From: an uncultured Enterobacteriaceae bacterium
GTDB lineage: Bacteria > Pseudomonadota > Gammaproteobacteria > Burkholderiales > SG8-39
Assembly (NCBI GenBank): GCA_964565875.1
Contig: CAZMGP010000028.1
Location: forward strand, 158-64,157
Direction of reading: 5' to 3'
DNA length: 64,000 nt
The position numbers and the translations under genes were made by a program. A model generated the notes under the pieces. It was not told the origin of the DNA and did no database searches. It saw only the letters and a list, made by a program, of their open reading frames with translations. Shown here in pieces: positions 28,226 to 38,393 of this stretch. Position 1 is the stretch's first letter, and each line of letters opens with the position of its first letter.

Positions 28226-29905
28226 TTATCGAGAACCGACGCCGTACACGCGTTCCGCCTCGGCGGCATCGATGAGACCGTCGGCGATATCCTCTGCGAC
28301 CGCGTCCGCCGCCCGTGATTTCGGGTCGCCGATTCCGCCTCCGCCTGGCACCAGCAGAACCAGCGCGGAGCCGGGCCGCATTTCGATACGGCTGCCCAGT
28401 TCGATCCGCTTGCCGTCCAGCTCGGCAACCGGTTCCGCGACGTCGCTCCCGCCATGCAGCCCGTACACCGGCACGCCGAAGCGTCCGCCGCGCACGCCGG
28501 CGACGAGCGGCCCATCGATGTCCTCGACCCATTCCGGCAGCCTGATCACGACGCGTTGGCCGAAGCCCCCGCGCTGGCGTCCGGCCCCGGCCGAGCTGGG
28601 CGCGAACATCTTCTCTTCGAACACGATCGGCGCATCGCTCTCGATGATCTCCAGGGGAATCGAGGCGACGTTTGCCGGATACGACAAGCAGGAGATGCCG
28701 TCGCGTCCGCCGCGGGCGCCCAGCCCGCCGTTGAACGTGACCACCGCATAGAAAGTTCGGCCGTCCTTGTAGCGCCCGGTGAAGTTGCCGTACCACAGGG
28801 GGGTCGATCCGCTGCCCGCCAGCACCCGCTCGGGCACGGCCTTGGCCAGTGCCTGCATGATCAGCTCGGGCAGAAAATGCGCGAGCACGGTCCGCCCCCA
28901 GGTCGCCGCCGGGAATACCGCGTTGAGGACGGAAGCGCTCGGCGCATGGACTTGAATCGGCCGCAGGCAGCCTTCGTTGTTTGGCACCCCCGGGTCGAGC
29001 AGGCATTTCAGGGGATACACCGAATACGACCGCGTCATGTTGAGCGAGACGTTGATCGCGCGGGGCACCTGCGGCGAGGATCCTGCGTAGTTGAGAACGA
29101 CGTCTTCGCCGCGGATGGCGAGCTTGAGGGCGAGCGTGATCGGCTGCGCCAAGCCGGTGACGCCCGTGAGGATCATGCTGCTCGCGAATTCCCCGTTAGG
29201 CAGTTCCCGCACCGCCCGCCTCATGCTGCTCTCGGACCTTGAAATGATCTCGTCGCCCAGCCGCTCCAGGCCGTCCAGGCCGGCGTCGTCCATGATCGCG
29301 ACCAGGCGATGTGCCGCGGCGTGCGTCGCCGCCACTTGGGCGCGAATGTCGCCCACCACCTTGTCCGCCTCGCGCACATTGGCGCGGATGAGCTCGAACA
29401 CGGATTCCTCGGCCTTGCCCTCTCGGTACAAAGGAATGATCGGAATCTGCAAGCCTTCTTCGTAGATGTCCCGCCCTTCCAGCGTCGCCAGCCGCCCGCC
29501 CACATTGAGATGATGGACCACGCACAACACGTAGCCGACGAGCGCCGCTCCCCGAAATACCGGCGTCGCGATGGTGATGTCGATCAGATGGCCGCTCGCC
29601 TGCCAGGGATCGTTGGTGATGAAGACGTCACCGGGGCGCGCCTGCGCGAAGCGCGTGTGGCGCAGGAAGTTCGGGATGGTGAACGGGAGGATGCCGAGCA
29701 GGCCGGGGGTCGAATGCGTCGACTGTGCCAGCATGCGCCCGCCGCGGTCGAACACGGCGCAGGCGTAGTCGTGAAAATCGCGGATGACGCTCGAGAACGA
29801 GGTGCGCACCAGGGTCGTCGCGGCCTCGTCGACGGCCGTGATCAGCCGCCGCCAGAGCAGCTCGATCTCGACCGCATTCAAGTTTCGCGGGCTCTTCGGC
29901 GCCAT
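28226..29905 (-). CDS. Hydantoinase B/oxoprolinase subunit
   Basis: RTSFSSVIRDFHDY, PGDVFITNDPW..GHLID, GAGRQRGG, PGGGGIGDP motifs. Confidence 0.93.
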   Translation of the reverse strand: MAPKSPRNLNAVEIELLWRRLITAVDEAATTLVRTSFSSVIRDFHDYACAVFDRGGRMLAQSTHSTPGLLGILPFTIPNFLRHTRFAQARPGDVFITNDPWQASGHLIDITIATPVFRGAALVGYVLCVVHHLNVGGRLATLEGRDIYEEGLQIPIIPLYREGKAEESVFELIRANVREADKVVGDIRAQVAATHAAAHRLVAIMDDAGLDGLERLGDEIISRSESSMRRAVRELPNGEFASSMILTGVTGLAQPITLALKLAIRGEDVVLNYAGSSPQVPRAINVSLNMTRSYSVYPLKCLLDPGVPNNEGCLRPIQVHAPSASVLNAVFPAATWGRTVLAHFLPELIMQALAKAVPERVLAGSGSTPLWYGNFTGRYKDGRTFYAVVTFNGGLGARGGRDGISCLSYPANVASIPLEIIESDAPIVFEEKMFAPSSAGAGRQRGGFGQRVVIRLPEWVEDIDGPLVAGVRGGRFGVPVYGLHGGSDVAEPVAELDGKRIELGSRIEMRPGSALVLLVPGGGGIGDPKSRAADAVAEDIADGLIDAAEAERVYGVGSR

Positions 29906-32002
29906 TTATCGATTCCCCACTTCCACCTGCAGCACACCGAAACGGTCGACCGAAAACGCCCCGCCGGGCCCGACGACCATAGTCGTCTCGCGCTCCTCGA
30001 TCAGGGCGGCCCCCTCGTGGCGGTGCCCCACCTGCAGGCGGTAGCGATCGAATACCGGGCAATCAACCTTTCCCTGGCGTTCGCCGAAGAACACGCTTCT
30101 GCTCCCCTTGCGCGCGTCGAGAACGCTTCCCGCCGCCCGCGGCAATTCCTGCGGCACGTAGGGCCTGGCCGTGGGTATGCGCGCGGTGACGCGCAAGTTG
30201 ACGAGTTCCACGACGACGTCGGCGTACACGCGCCCGTAGCGCTTGACGTATTCGGCCTCGAACGCGCGCTGGATTGCGGCTGCGTCCGTGCCGGACCAGG
30301 CTTGCGGCGCCGGCAGCGCCACGCGGATGTTGTAGCCCTGGCCGCGGTAGCGCATGTCGGCGCTGCGCTGCACGACCAGCGTCACAGGCTGCGTCTGCAG
30401 CAACTGCGCGGCTTCTGCTTCCAACTCGCGAAACCGACGGTCCAGATGCGCCGCGTCGATGCCCGAGACCGGCGCCTTGAACGTCTGCACGCGATCGATG
30501 GCCACATCCGCCACCAGCATGCCGAGCGCCGACATCACGCCGGCCGCCGGCGGCACGAGAATGCGCTCGACGCCCAGCTTCTGCGCCAGCCCGTAGGCGT
30601 GTACCGGCCCTGCGCCCCCGTAGGCAACCATCGTCAGCCGCGTCGCGTCCTCTCCCCGTTCCGCGAGATGCAGGCGCGCCGCGGAGGCCATGTCCTCGTT
30701 GGCGATGTCGTGGATGCCGAACGCGGCGATCTCGCCCGCTATTGCGAGCGGCTGGGCCACCCGCAGGCCTATCGCCTGCAGTGCGGCATTCCGATCGAGG
30801 CGCATGCTGCCGCCGAGGAAATAATCCGGGTTGAGCAGTCCCAAGGCGACGTCCGCGTCGGTGACCGTGGCTTCCGCGCCGCCCAGCGCATAGCTCGCCG
30901 GCCCCGGAGCCGCGCCGGCGCTCTGCGGTCCCACCTTGAGCAGACCCAGGTGATCGATATGGGCAATGCTGCCGCCGCCGGTGCCGATTTCGAGCAGATC
31001 ATACACGGGCACGCTGATCGCGAGCCCCGAACCGCGCTTGAAGTGATGCACCCGCGCCACTTCGTAATCGTCCGCGACCAGCGCCTCGCCGGCGATCACC
31101 GTGCACAGCTTCGCCGTGGTTCCGCCCATGTCGAAGCAGAAGAGGTTCGACGCTTCGCACAGCGCGCCCCACCAACGCGCCGCGGCGACCCCTCCCGCGG
31201 GCCCCGATTCGAGCACCCGGATGGGCACGGATTGCGCCGTCGCGCTCGAGACCACCCCGCCGCTCGACTGCATGATATAGAGCTGGCCCGGAAAGCCACG
31301 TTCGGCGAGCTGCTGCTCGATCCGATCCAGATAGCGCTCGATCAGCGGGCGGACGTAGGCGTTGGCGGCGGTCGTGCTGCTGCGTTCGTACTCCTTGATT
31401 TGAGGCAGGACGTCGCAGGATAAGGACACCGACAGGTCCGATGCGTGCTCTTGCAGGAATTCCCCCACCCGCCTTTCGTTGGCGGGGTTGGCGTAAGAGT
31501 GCAGCAGGCACACCGCCACCGACTGCACCTCGACGGCGCGCATGGCGGCGATGATCTTCTCCAGAGCCCGCTCGTCCGGCGCCGCAATCACTCTGCCGTC
31601 GGCCAGCGTGCGCTCAGCGAGTTCGTAGCGCAGGGCGCGCGGGATTAGCGGCGGCGGGAATTCGAGCTGCAGATCGTAGACGTCATAGCGCAGTTCGTTG
31701 CGCATTTCGATCACGTCCCTGAACCCGCGCGTGGTGATCAGGGCCGTGCGCACCCCTTTGCGTTCGATCAGCGCATTGATGACCAAGGTCGTTCCGTGCA
31801 CCATGGCGCTCGCCTCGTCCAAGCTGACGCCGTGGGCGCGCGCCATGTCCTCCAGCCCGATGCGTATCCCTTGCGCGGGATCGCGGGGCGTGGTCAAAGT
31901 CTTTCCCAGCCGCAGCGCGCCGCTTTGACCGTCGACGGCGACAAGATCGGTGAAGGTGCCGCCGATGTCCGTCCCGATCCTGAAGCGCTTGTTTCCCTTC
32001 AT
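29906..32002 (-). CDS. Hydantoinase A/oxoprolinase ATP-binding subunit
   Basis: DIGGTFTD, HGTTLVINALIERKG, ESGPAGG, DMGGTT, IGTGGGSIA, YGGAGPVH motifs. Confidence 0.94.
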   Translation of the reverse strand: MKGNKRFRIGTDIGGTFTDLVAVDGQSGALRLGKTLTTPRDPAQGIRIGLEDMARAHGVSLDEASAMVHGTTLVINALIERKGVRTALITTRGFRDVIEMRNELRYDVYDLQLEFPPPLIPRALRYELAERTLADGRVIAAPDERALEKIIAAMRAVEVQSVAVCLLHSYANPANERRVGEFLQEHASDLSVSLSCDVLPQIKEYERSSTTAANAYVRPLIERYLDRIEQQLAERGFPGQLYIMQSSGGVVSSATAQSVPIRVLESGPAGGVAAARWWGALCEASNLFCFDMGGTTAKLCTVIAGEALVADDYEVARVHHFKRGSGLAISVPVYDLLEIGTGGGSIAHIDHLGLLKVGPQSAGAAPGPASYALGGAEATVTDADVALGLLNPDYFLGGSMRLDRNAALQAIGLRVAQPLAIAGEIAAFGIHDIANEDMASAARLHLAERGEDATRLTMVAYGGAGPVHAYGLAQKLGVERILVPPAAGVMSALGMLVADVAIDRVQTFKAPVSGIDAAHLDRRFRELEAEAAQLLQTQPVTLVVQRSADMRYRGQGYNIRVALPAPQAWSGTDAAAIQRAFEAEYVKRYGRVYADVVVELVNLRVTARIPTARPYVPQELPRAAGSVLDARKGSRSVFFGERQGKVDCPVFDRYRLQVGHRHEGAALIEERETTMVVGPGGAFSVDRFGVLQVEVGNR

Positions 32003-32008
32003 TTCGCC

Positions 32009-33418
32009 TTACACGCCCTGCAGCACGCACTGCCGCACGATCGCACCTGCATCGTCGAGCGCTTCGAGGCTGCGTATCCGCTCGATCAATGCCTCGCCTC
32101 CGCTCCAGCCGGGCCGCCCATGGCGCGTGCAATCGAGGAATTTCGCCGCAAGCTCGTCGAATGACATCGGATTGTTTGGATGCCCTTTCACGTATTCGAC
32201 TACGCGCTTGGTCTCGCGCCCGCTGCGCTCGACGACTGTCACGATGCCCGGCATCGGGAACTTGCCGCGTCCCTCCGTCTGCGATTCGGTGCGCGCTTCG
32301 ACTTCGACTTTTTGCGTGAGCGCCCGGACCGCCGCATCGTCGAGGCTCGCCGGCGACGCCGCGGCGAAGCCGATGCTGCGATGGACCGCCGCCCAGGCCA
32401 GCATGAACGGCAGGCTAAACTGCGCGTCGGTCACGCTCGCCGGATTCCATTTGCGCTCGTGCGTGGTGCACACGAGGTCGAAGACTTCCTTGTTGGTCAC
32501 GACGACGCGGATGCGCTCGATGTCCTCGATCCGGATGGCGGCCTCCCCGGTCGCCGCGAGCAAGGCGTCGATCGGACCGTGGATGAACTTGCAGCAGGGA
32601 TAGAGCGGCTTGATGCTGACGTCGTTCGCGAGCCAGCGCGAGCCGAGCTCGCGCACCAGGTCGTCCCTGTCGTATTTGCCGCGGTGGAACACGTGGTAAT
32701 AGCCGAAGCGGCCTTCGAGCACGTCGGCCGAGCCGGTCAGATTGCGCTCCGCCATCAGCGCGGCGACGACACCGCCCTGCGCCGCGATCCCTTGCATCAC
32801 GCGTACGGTCATCGCGCCGGTGAGGAAACCCTGCTGGTTGCCGGCGACACAGGCATGCGCAATGCCCAGGGCATGACGCGTCTGCGCCAGGCTCAAACCG
32901 AGCAAGCGCGAGGTCGCAAGGGCCACGCCGTAATACGGACACTGATAAGTCATGGAGCTGCCGGTCTCGCTGAAGCCGATGCGCGGCGCTGCCGACATGC
33001 GGCAGATGATTTCGGAGCCCACGGCGACGGCGGCGACGAGATCGCGACCGCTGATCGGGCCGCGCGCCTGCGCCAGCGCAAGCATGGCCGGGACGGTGCT
33101 CACGTTGACGTGGCAGGTGTTCTGCTCGTGCACGTCGTCCAAGTCCCATGCCCGGGCCGCCGTGGTGTTGACCAGAACGGCAAGCGGCAGCGGCAGCTTC
33201 GCGCCGTTGGTGATCAGCGTGGCCTCGGGCCTGCCACCCCAGTGGCAGGCAAGCGCAGTGAGTTCGGCTACCGCGTCGGCGCGGATGCCCGCGATGGCGG
33301 TGCCGAGCGTGTCGAGCACGGCCATCTTCGTCCGCGCAACGACGTTCTGCGGAAGCCGCTCGTAGCGCATGCCATGACCGAATTCGAGCAATGCCTCCAT
33401 TGCGTCCGGCTTATCCAT
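32009..33418 (-). CDS. MmgE/PrpD family protein
   Basis: AWDLDDVH, KPLYPCCKFIH, AQFSLPF, KGHPNNPMS motifs. Confidence 0.9.
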   Translation of the reverse strand: MDKPDAMEALLEFGHGMRYERLPQNVVARTKMAVLDTLGTAIAGIRADAVAELTALACHWGGRPEATLITNGAKLPLPLAVLVNTTAARAWDLDDVHEQNTCHVNVSTVPAMLALAQARGPISGRDLVAAVAVGSEIICRMSAAPRIGFSETGSSMTYQCPYYGVALATSRLLGLSLAQTRHALGIAHACVAGNQQGFLTGAMTVRVMQGIAAQGGVVAALMAERNLTGSADVLEGRFGYYHVFHRGKYDRDDLVRELGSRWLANDVSIKPLYPCCKFIHGPIDALLAATGEAAIRIEDIERIRVVVTNKEVFDLVCTTHERKWNPASVTDAQFSLPFMLAWAAVHRSIGFAAASPASLDDAAVRALTQKVEVEARTESQTEGRGKFPMPGIVTVVERSGRETKRVVEYVKGHPNNPMSFDELAAKFLDCTRHGRPGWSGGEALIERIRSLEALDDAGAIVRQCVLQGV

Positions 33419-33483
33419 TCTTAGTCCTTCGCTCCAGGCAGATGCCCCAGAAGATCTTCACGGCAGAGCGACGTTCGCTCAAG

Positions 33484-34623
33484 CTAGCGCCCGCGTTCAT
33501 AGCCGGACTTCGCGCGCCGATCGAGCCACCAGCCGTATTGCACCGGCATTGCGCGAAACTCCGGATCCGCTCCCAGATCCTTCGCGGCATGCACTGCCCA
33601 GAAGGGGTCGTAGAGCATCTCGCGTCCAATTGCGACCACATCGGCGCGGCCGCTGGCGACGATCGCCTCCGCTTGTTGCGCATTGACGATCAGACCTACG
33701 GCGATCGTCGGAATGTCTGCTTCTTTGCGGATCGCTTCGGCGAAGGGAACTTGAAAACCGAGCTGGCGGGCGACGTTAGCCGCCGTGGGCGAGCGCACAT
33801 TGATGCCTCCGGAAGAGCAGTCGATCGCGTCAACGGCCCGCTTTTTCAGCTCTCGTGCGAGGGTAATCGAATCCTGCAGGCTCCAGCCGCCTTCGTCCAC
33901 GCAGGACGCGCGAAAGAATAGCGGCTTTCCTGCGGGCCAATAGGTTCGCACCGCTTCGGCAATCTCGAGCGCAAAGCGCATGCGGTTCGCCAAGCTGCCG
34001 CCGTACCGATCCGAGCGGATATTCGACGCCGGCGACAGGAATTCGTGCACGAGATAGCCATGCGCACCGTGGATCTCGAGCACGTCGACGCCTGCCTCGT
34101 CCGCTCGTCGCGCCGCTTGTGCAAATGCGTCGATGACTGTCCGGATGTCCTCTAACGTCATTTCCCGCGGTATCGGCCATCCATCGAGGTACGGCACCGC
34201 GCTCGGTCCGATCACGGGCCAGTGATCCTGCCCTTCGATCTTGATGCTGCGATCGAGCGGTCCAAATCCTTCCCAGGGGCGCTTGGTACCTGCCTTGCGG
34301 CCTGCATGGTTGAGTTGAATTGCGGAGACGGTGCCTTGCTTGCGCAGGAAATCCGTTATCTTGCGTATGGGCGCGATGTGCTCATCCTTCCACAGTCCCA
34401 TGTCACCCACGGTGCCGAGGCCGCGGCGCTCCACCTTGGTCGCCTCCATGGAGACGAGGCCGGCGCCGCCGATCGCGAATTTCGCAAAGTGCGCAAAATG
34501 CCATTCCTGCGCCGAACCATCGACTGCACAATATTGCGCCATGGGCGAGACCATGATGCGGTTGCGCAGCACCACGTCGCGAAACCGTAGCGGCGAGAAC
34601 AGAACCGATTGCTTTGCTGCCAT
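33484..34623 (-). CDS. NADH:flavin oxidoreductase / old yellow enzyme
   Basis: NRIMVSPMAQY, QLNHAGRKA, EIHGAHGYLVHEFLSP motifs. Confidence 0.92.
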   Translation of the reverse strand: MAAKQSVLFSPLRFRDVVLRNRIMVSPMAQYCAVDGSAQEWHFAHFAKFAIGGAGLVSMEATKVERRGLGTVGDMGLWKDEHIAPIRKITDFLRKQGTVSAIQLNHAGRKAGTKRPWEGFGPLDRSIKIEGQDHWPVIGPSAVPYLDGWPIPREMTLEDIRTVIDAFAQAARRADEAGVDVLEIHGAHGYLVHEFLSPASNIRSDRYGGSLANRMRFALEIAEAVRTYWPAGKPLFFRASCVDEGGWSLQDSITLARELKKRAVDAIDCSSGGINVRSPTAANVARQLGFQVPFAEAIRKEADIPTIAVGLIVNAQQAEAIVASGRADVVAIGREMLYDPFWAVHAAKDLGADPEFRAMPVQYGWWLDRRAKSGYERGR

Positions 34624-34650
34624 GGTGTTACACACTCCCCTGCGCTTGCA

Positions 34651-35625
34651 CTATTGCGCCTTGATTCCGGTGTTCTTCAGGAATGTCGTCCACTTGGTGA
34701 ACTCGGAGCGATGAAAGGCGATGAAGGATTCGCGCGAGCCGCCCATGATATCGACGCCCATGCCGTTCAAGCGCTCCACCACCGCCGGCTGTTTGAGTAT
34801 CGCGTCGATTTCGCTGTTCAGCTTCTCCAAGATGTCGGGCGGCGTGCCGGCCGGCGCCCAGATCCCGAACCAGGCGGTCACGTCGAAGCCGGGGTACCCC
34901 TGCTCGGCGATGGTAGGCACGTCGGGCAAGGCAGCCACGCGTTTGGCGCCGCTCGCGCCCAGAGGGCGCAGCTTGCCGCTCTTGATGTAGGGAATAGACG
35001 TCGCCGCCGCGTCGAACACCATGTTCATTTGACCCGCGAGCACATCGATCATTGCCGGCGCCGCGCCCTTGTAGGTTATTTCGGTGATATCGACTTTTGC
35101 CATGTGCTTGAGCAGTTCCGCGCCGAGGTAGGGCGAAGCGCCTATGCCTGTGCTTGCGTAGTTCAGCGACCCCGGTTTCGCGCGCGCGGCGGCGATCAGT
35201 TCTCCCAGCGTTTTGAATGGCGAGGAGGTCGGAACCACCAGGATGTTCGGAACCTGGGCTACCGCTATCACCGGTTCGAAATCCTTCAGCGGGTCGTAGC
35301 CGACATTCTTGTAAAGCACGGTGTTTAGGGTGAACGAACCGGCGTTCGACAGCACCAAGTTATAGCCGTCCGGCGCCGTCTTCGCGACTACCTGCGTCCC
35401 AATCGACCCGCCCATGCCGCCGCGATTGTCGACGACGACCGGTTGGCCGAGTTTTTCCGACAAGCCTTGCGCGATGGTCCTGCCGAGGATGTCGGTCATC
35501 CCCCCCGCGGGAAAGGTGACGACGAGCCGAATGGGCTTATCGGGGTAGGCCGCACTGGCGGAGATGCCCGGGCCGCCGAGGACGATCAGTATCGACGCGA
35601 TTACGCATTGCAGCAGCTGTTTCAT
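34651..35625 (-). CDS. Bug/TctC TTT substrate-binding protein
   Basis: YPDKPIRLVVTFPAGGMTD, APDGY, YDPLKDF, PDVPTIAE motifs. Confidence 0.93.
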   Translation of the reverse strand: MKQLLQCVIASILIVLGGPGISASAAYPDKPIRLVVTFPAGGMTDILGRTIAQGLSEKLGQPVVVDNRGGMGGSIGTQVVAKTAPDGYNLVLSNAGSFTLNTVLYKNVGYDPLKDFEPVIAVAQVPNILVVPTSSPFKTLGELIAAARAKPGSLNYASTGIGASPYLGAELLKHMAKVDITEITYKGAAPAMIDVLAGQMNMVFDAAATSIPYIKSGKLRPLGASGAKRVAALPDVPTIAEQGYPGFDVTAWFGIWAPAGTPPDILEKLNSEIDAILKQPAVVERLNGMGVDIMGGSRESFIAFHRSEFTKWTTFLKNTGIKAQ

Positions 35626-35677
35626 GGCGAATTTCCTCAAGGTTCAGATGCTCGACGCAAATTTGCTCGAATCGCAG

Positions 35678-36658
35678 TTAGAACTGGATCTTGATTCCGG
35701 TAGAACGGATGAACGCCGTCCAGCGCTCGAATTCGGCGCGGTGAAACGCGGCGAAGTTCTCCACCGATCCACCCATGATCTCCGCGCCCAATCCCGTGAA
35801 GCGCGCGTTGACGTCTGGCATCTTCAAGATGAGGTTGATTTCCTCGTTGAGCTTATGAACGATGTCGGGTGGCGTTCCTGACGGCGCCCACAGCGCGTAC
35901 CAGGCGACGACATCGAACCCCGGGTAGCCGCTCTCGGCGATGGTGGGCACGTCCGGCAGCGCCTTCAATCGATGCGGGCTGGTCGTAGCGAGGGCGCGTA
36001 TGGCCCCGGCTTTGATCTGAGGAATGGAAGTGCCGACCGCATCGAATGCCATGGTCACTTCCCCGCTTATGGCGGCCGTGAGGGCGGGCGCGCCGCCCTT
36101 GTACATCACCTCGAGTATGTCGACCTTCGCCATTTTCTTCAGCAGTGTCAGGCTCAGGCTGGGCGAGGCGCCGATTCCTGTGCTGGCGTGGCTGAGCGCG
36201 CCCGGTTTCGCCCGGGCTGCATCGATGATTTCGGAGAGATTTTTGAACGGCGACTTGCTCGATACCACGAGGACATTCGGCACCGCCGCAATCGGAATGA
36301 TTGGCGCAAAGTCCTGCAGCGGGTGGTACGGCAGCTTGTCGACCAATTCCGCGTTCACGGCGTGGGTGCCGAAGGTGCCAAGGACGAGGGTGTAGCCGTC
36401 CGGCGGCGATTTCGCAGCCAGATTGGTACCGATCGTTCCGCCCGCGCCACCGCGATTGTCCAATACCACGGGTTGGCCCAGCTTTTCGGTGAGTTTGACG
36501 CCTATCGTCCGTCCAAGCACGTCGGTCATCCCACCGGGCGGATACGGGATGATGATGCGTATGGGTTTATCGGGGTACGCGGCAGCCGCGGTTGCGCCCA
36601 CGCCGATCAATGCAAGGCCGGCAATAACCGCGGACAGACGTCGAATTAGCTGATGCAT
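35678..36658 (-). CDS. Bug/TctC TTT substrate-binding protein
   Basis: YPDKPIRIIIPYPPGGMTD, PPDGYTL, PDVPTIAE motifs. Confidence 0.93.
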   Translation of the reverse strand: MHQLIRRLSAVIAGLALIGVGATAAAAYPDKPIRIIIPYPPGGMTDVLGRTIGVKLTEKLGQPVVLDNRGGAGGTIGTNLAAKSPPDGYTLVLGTFGTHAVNAELVDKLPYHPLQDFAPIIPIAAVPNVLVVSSKSPFKNLSEIIDAARAKPGALSHASTGIGASPSLSLTLLKKMAKVDILEVMYKGGAPALTAAISGEVTMAFDAVGTSIPQIKAGAIRALATTSPHRLKALPDVPTIAESGYPGFDVVAWYALWAPSGTPPDIVHKLNEEINLILKMPDVNARFTGLGAEIMGGSVENFAAFHRAEFERWTAFIRSTGIKIQF

Positions 36659-36722
36659 TCAGGTACCTCCTCCGAGTTGTTAGTGCGATATCCCCGGCAC
36701 AGACCGCGGCCTCGCAATCAGC

Positions 36723-38363
36723 CTAGTAATGCGGATCGAACATCTGCGCGCGCACGTCGGCGAGCACGTCGGCGGGCTTCGCTTTGCCGGCAAGTCCGCT
36801 CGCGTAGGCGCACTCGGCAACCGCTGCCGCGATATGCGCCGAGACTTCGCGGATGCGCGGCAGCGCCGGGTAGAGGCTGCCCTGCTCGAGATCGGCTTCG
36901 GTGACGAGGTGCGCGAGCGTCTTCGCCGCAGCCATGAACATCTCGTCGGTGATGTGGCGCGTGCGGCTGGCGATCGCTCCCAGGCCCACCCCGGGGAAGA
37001 TGTAGGAGTTGTTCCCCTGCCGCGGCACGAAGGTCTTGCCGCTGTATTTCACCGGATCGAACGGGCTGCCGCAGGCAAATAGCGCGCGGCCCTTGGTCCA
37101 GCGATACGCCTCCTCGGCGTTGCACTCCGCCTTGGAGGTCGGGTTCGAAAGCGCGAACACGATCGGCCGCTCGTTGATCCGCGCCATTTCCTCGAGTACT
37201 TCTTGCGTGAAGGTGCCGCCGACGGCGGCCACGCCGACGATGGCGGTGGGTTTGAGCGCCTTGATCGCGGCGAGGAAATTGGGCACCGGGGCGTGATCGT
37301 GCGCGTAGGGGAGCTTGTGCTCGGCGAGATCGTTGCGGCTTTTCACCACCAGGCCGCGCGAATCGACCGCCCAGCAGCGCCGGCGCGCTTCCGCCTCGGG
37401 CAGCCCCTGCGCCATCATCGCCGACACCACCAGGTCGCAGATGCCGGTGGCGGCTTCGCCCGCGCCGAGGAAGAGGAGTTTCTGATCGCTGAACTTGCCG
37501 CCGGTGATGCGCAGCGCCGAGAACATGCCGGCGAGCGCGACCGCCGCGGTGCCTTGAATGTCGTCGTTGAAGCTGCAGATGCGGTTGCGGTATTTCTTTA
37601 GAAGCCGGAAGGCGTTGTGGTTGGCGAAATCCTCGAACTGGATCACCACGCCCGGGAACACTTCGGTCGCCGCGCTGATGAATTCCTCGATCAGCTCGTC
37701 GTAGGCCGCGCCGGTCAGGCGCCGCTGGCGTAGGCCGACATAGAACTGGTCTTCGAGCATCGCGGCGTTGTTGGTGCCGACATCGATGGTGACCGGCAGC
37801 GCGAGTTGCGGGTGCACGCCCGCGCAGGCGGTATAGAGGGACAATTTCCCCACGGGAATGCCCATGCCGTTCGCGCCCAGATCGCCCAAGCCCAAGATGC
37901 GCTCGCCGTCGGTAACGACGATGATCCCCGCCTGGTAGGGCCAGTTGCGCAGCAGCTGCTTGATGCGGCCGCGGTCGTTCGCGCCGATGAATAGCCCGCG
38001 CGGCCGCTGGAAGATGTGGCCGAATTTCTGGCAGGCAAGCCCCACGGTCGGGGTGTAGACGAGCGGCTGCATTTCATCGATGTTGTCGCACAGCACGCGG
38101 AAGTAGAGCGACTCGTTGCGGTCGTGCAGCGCATTCAGCGCGACGAACTTATCCAGCGGATCGGTCATGCGGCGCAGGCGTGCGAGCACGCGCACCGCCT
38201 GCTCCTCCTGCGTGTGCACATGCGGCGGCAGGAAGCCGCGCAGGTTGTATTTGTCGCGCTCGGCCTCGGTGAAACCGGTGCCGTGGTTCAGAGCGGGATC
38301 GCGCAGTATGTCCTGGCCGGTCTTGAACGACGCGCCCTCACCCACTAGAGTCTTGTCGAGCAT
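36723..38363 (-). CDS. maeA: NAD(P)-dependent malic enzyme, large MaeA/SfcA type
   Basis: VYTPTVGLAC, VVTDGERILGLGDLG, QFEDF, FNDDIQGT, LGAGEA, FALSNPT, QGNNSYIFPG motifs. Confidence 0.93.
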   Translation of the reverse strand: MLDKTLVGEGASFKTGQDILRDPALNHGTGFTEAERDKYNLRGFLPPHVHTQEEQAVRVLARLRRMTDPLDKFVALNALHDRNESLYFRVLCDNIDEMQPLVYTPTVGLACQKFGHIFQRPRGLFIGANDRGRIKQLLRNWPYQAGIIVVTDGERILGLGDLGANGMGIPVGKLSLYTACAGVHPQLALPVTIDVGTNNAAMLEDQFYVGLRQRRLTGAAYDELIEEFISAATEVFPGVVIQFEDFANHNAFRLLKKYRNRICSFNDDIQGTAAVALAGMFSALRITGGKFSDQKLLFLGAGEAATGICDLVVSAMMAQGLPEAEARRRCWAVDSRGLVVKSRNDLAEHKLPYAHDHAPVPNFLAAIKALKPTAIVGVAAVGGTFTQEVLEEMARINERPIVFALSNPTSKAECNAEEAYRWTKGRALFACGSPFDPVKYSGKTFVPRQGNNSYIFPGVGLGAIASRTRHITDEMFMAAAKTLAHLVTEADLEQGSLYPALPRIREVSAHIAAAVAECAYASGLAGKAKPADVLADVRAQMFDPHY

Positions 38364-38393
38364 ACTTGTCTATCCTCGTGAATACGCGCCTTA

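Noticed and set aside
28207-28515. N-terminal extension of the saccharopine-dehydrogenase-like ORF
   Set aside because: Overlaps hydantoinase B; the RBS and Rossmann motif support ATG 28206.
29309-31423. 704-aa plus-strand ORF (and similar long ORFs at 12093, 32180, 62628)
   Set aside because: Antisense shadows of well-supported genes in GC-rich DNA, with no recognisable motifs.
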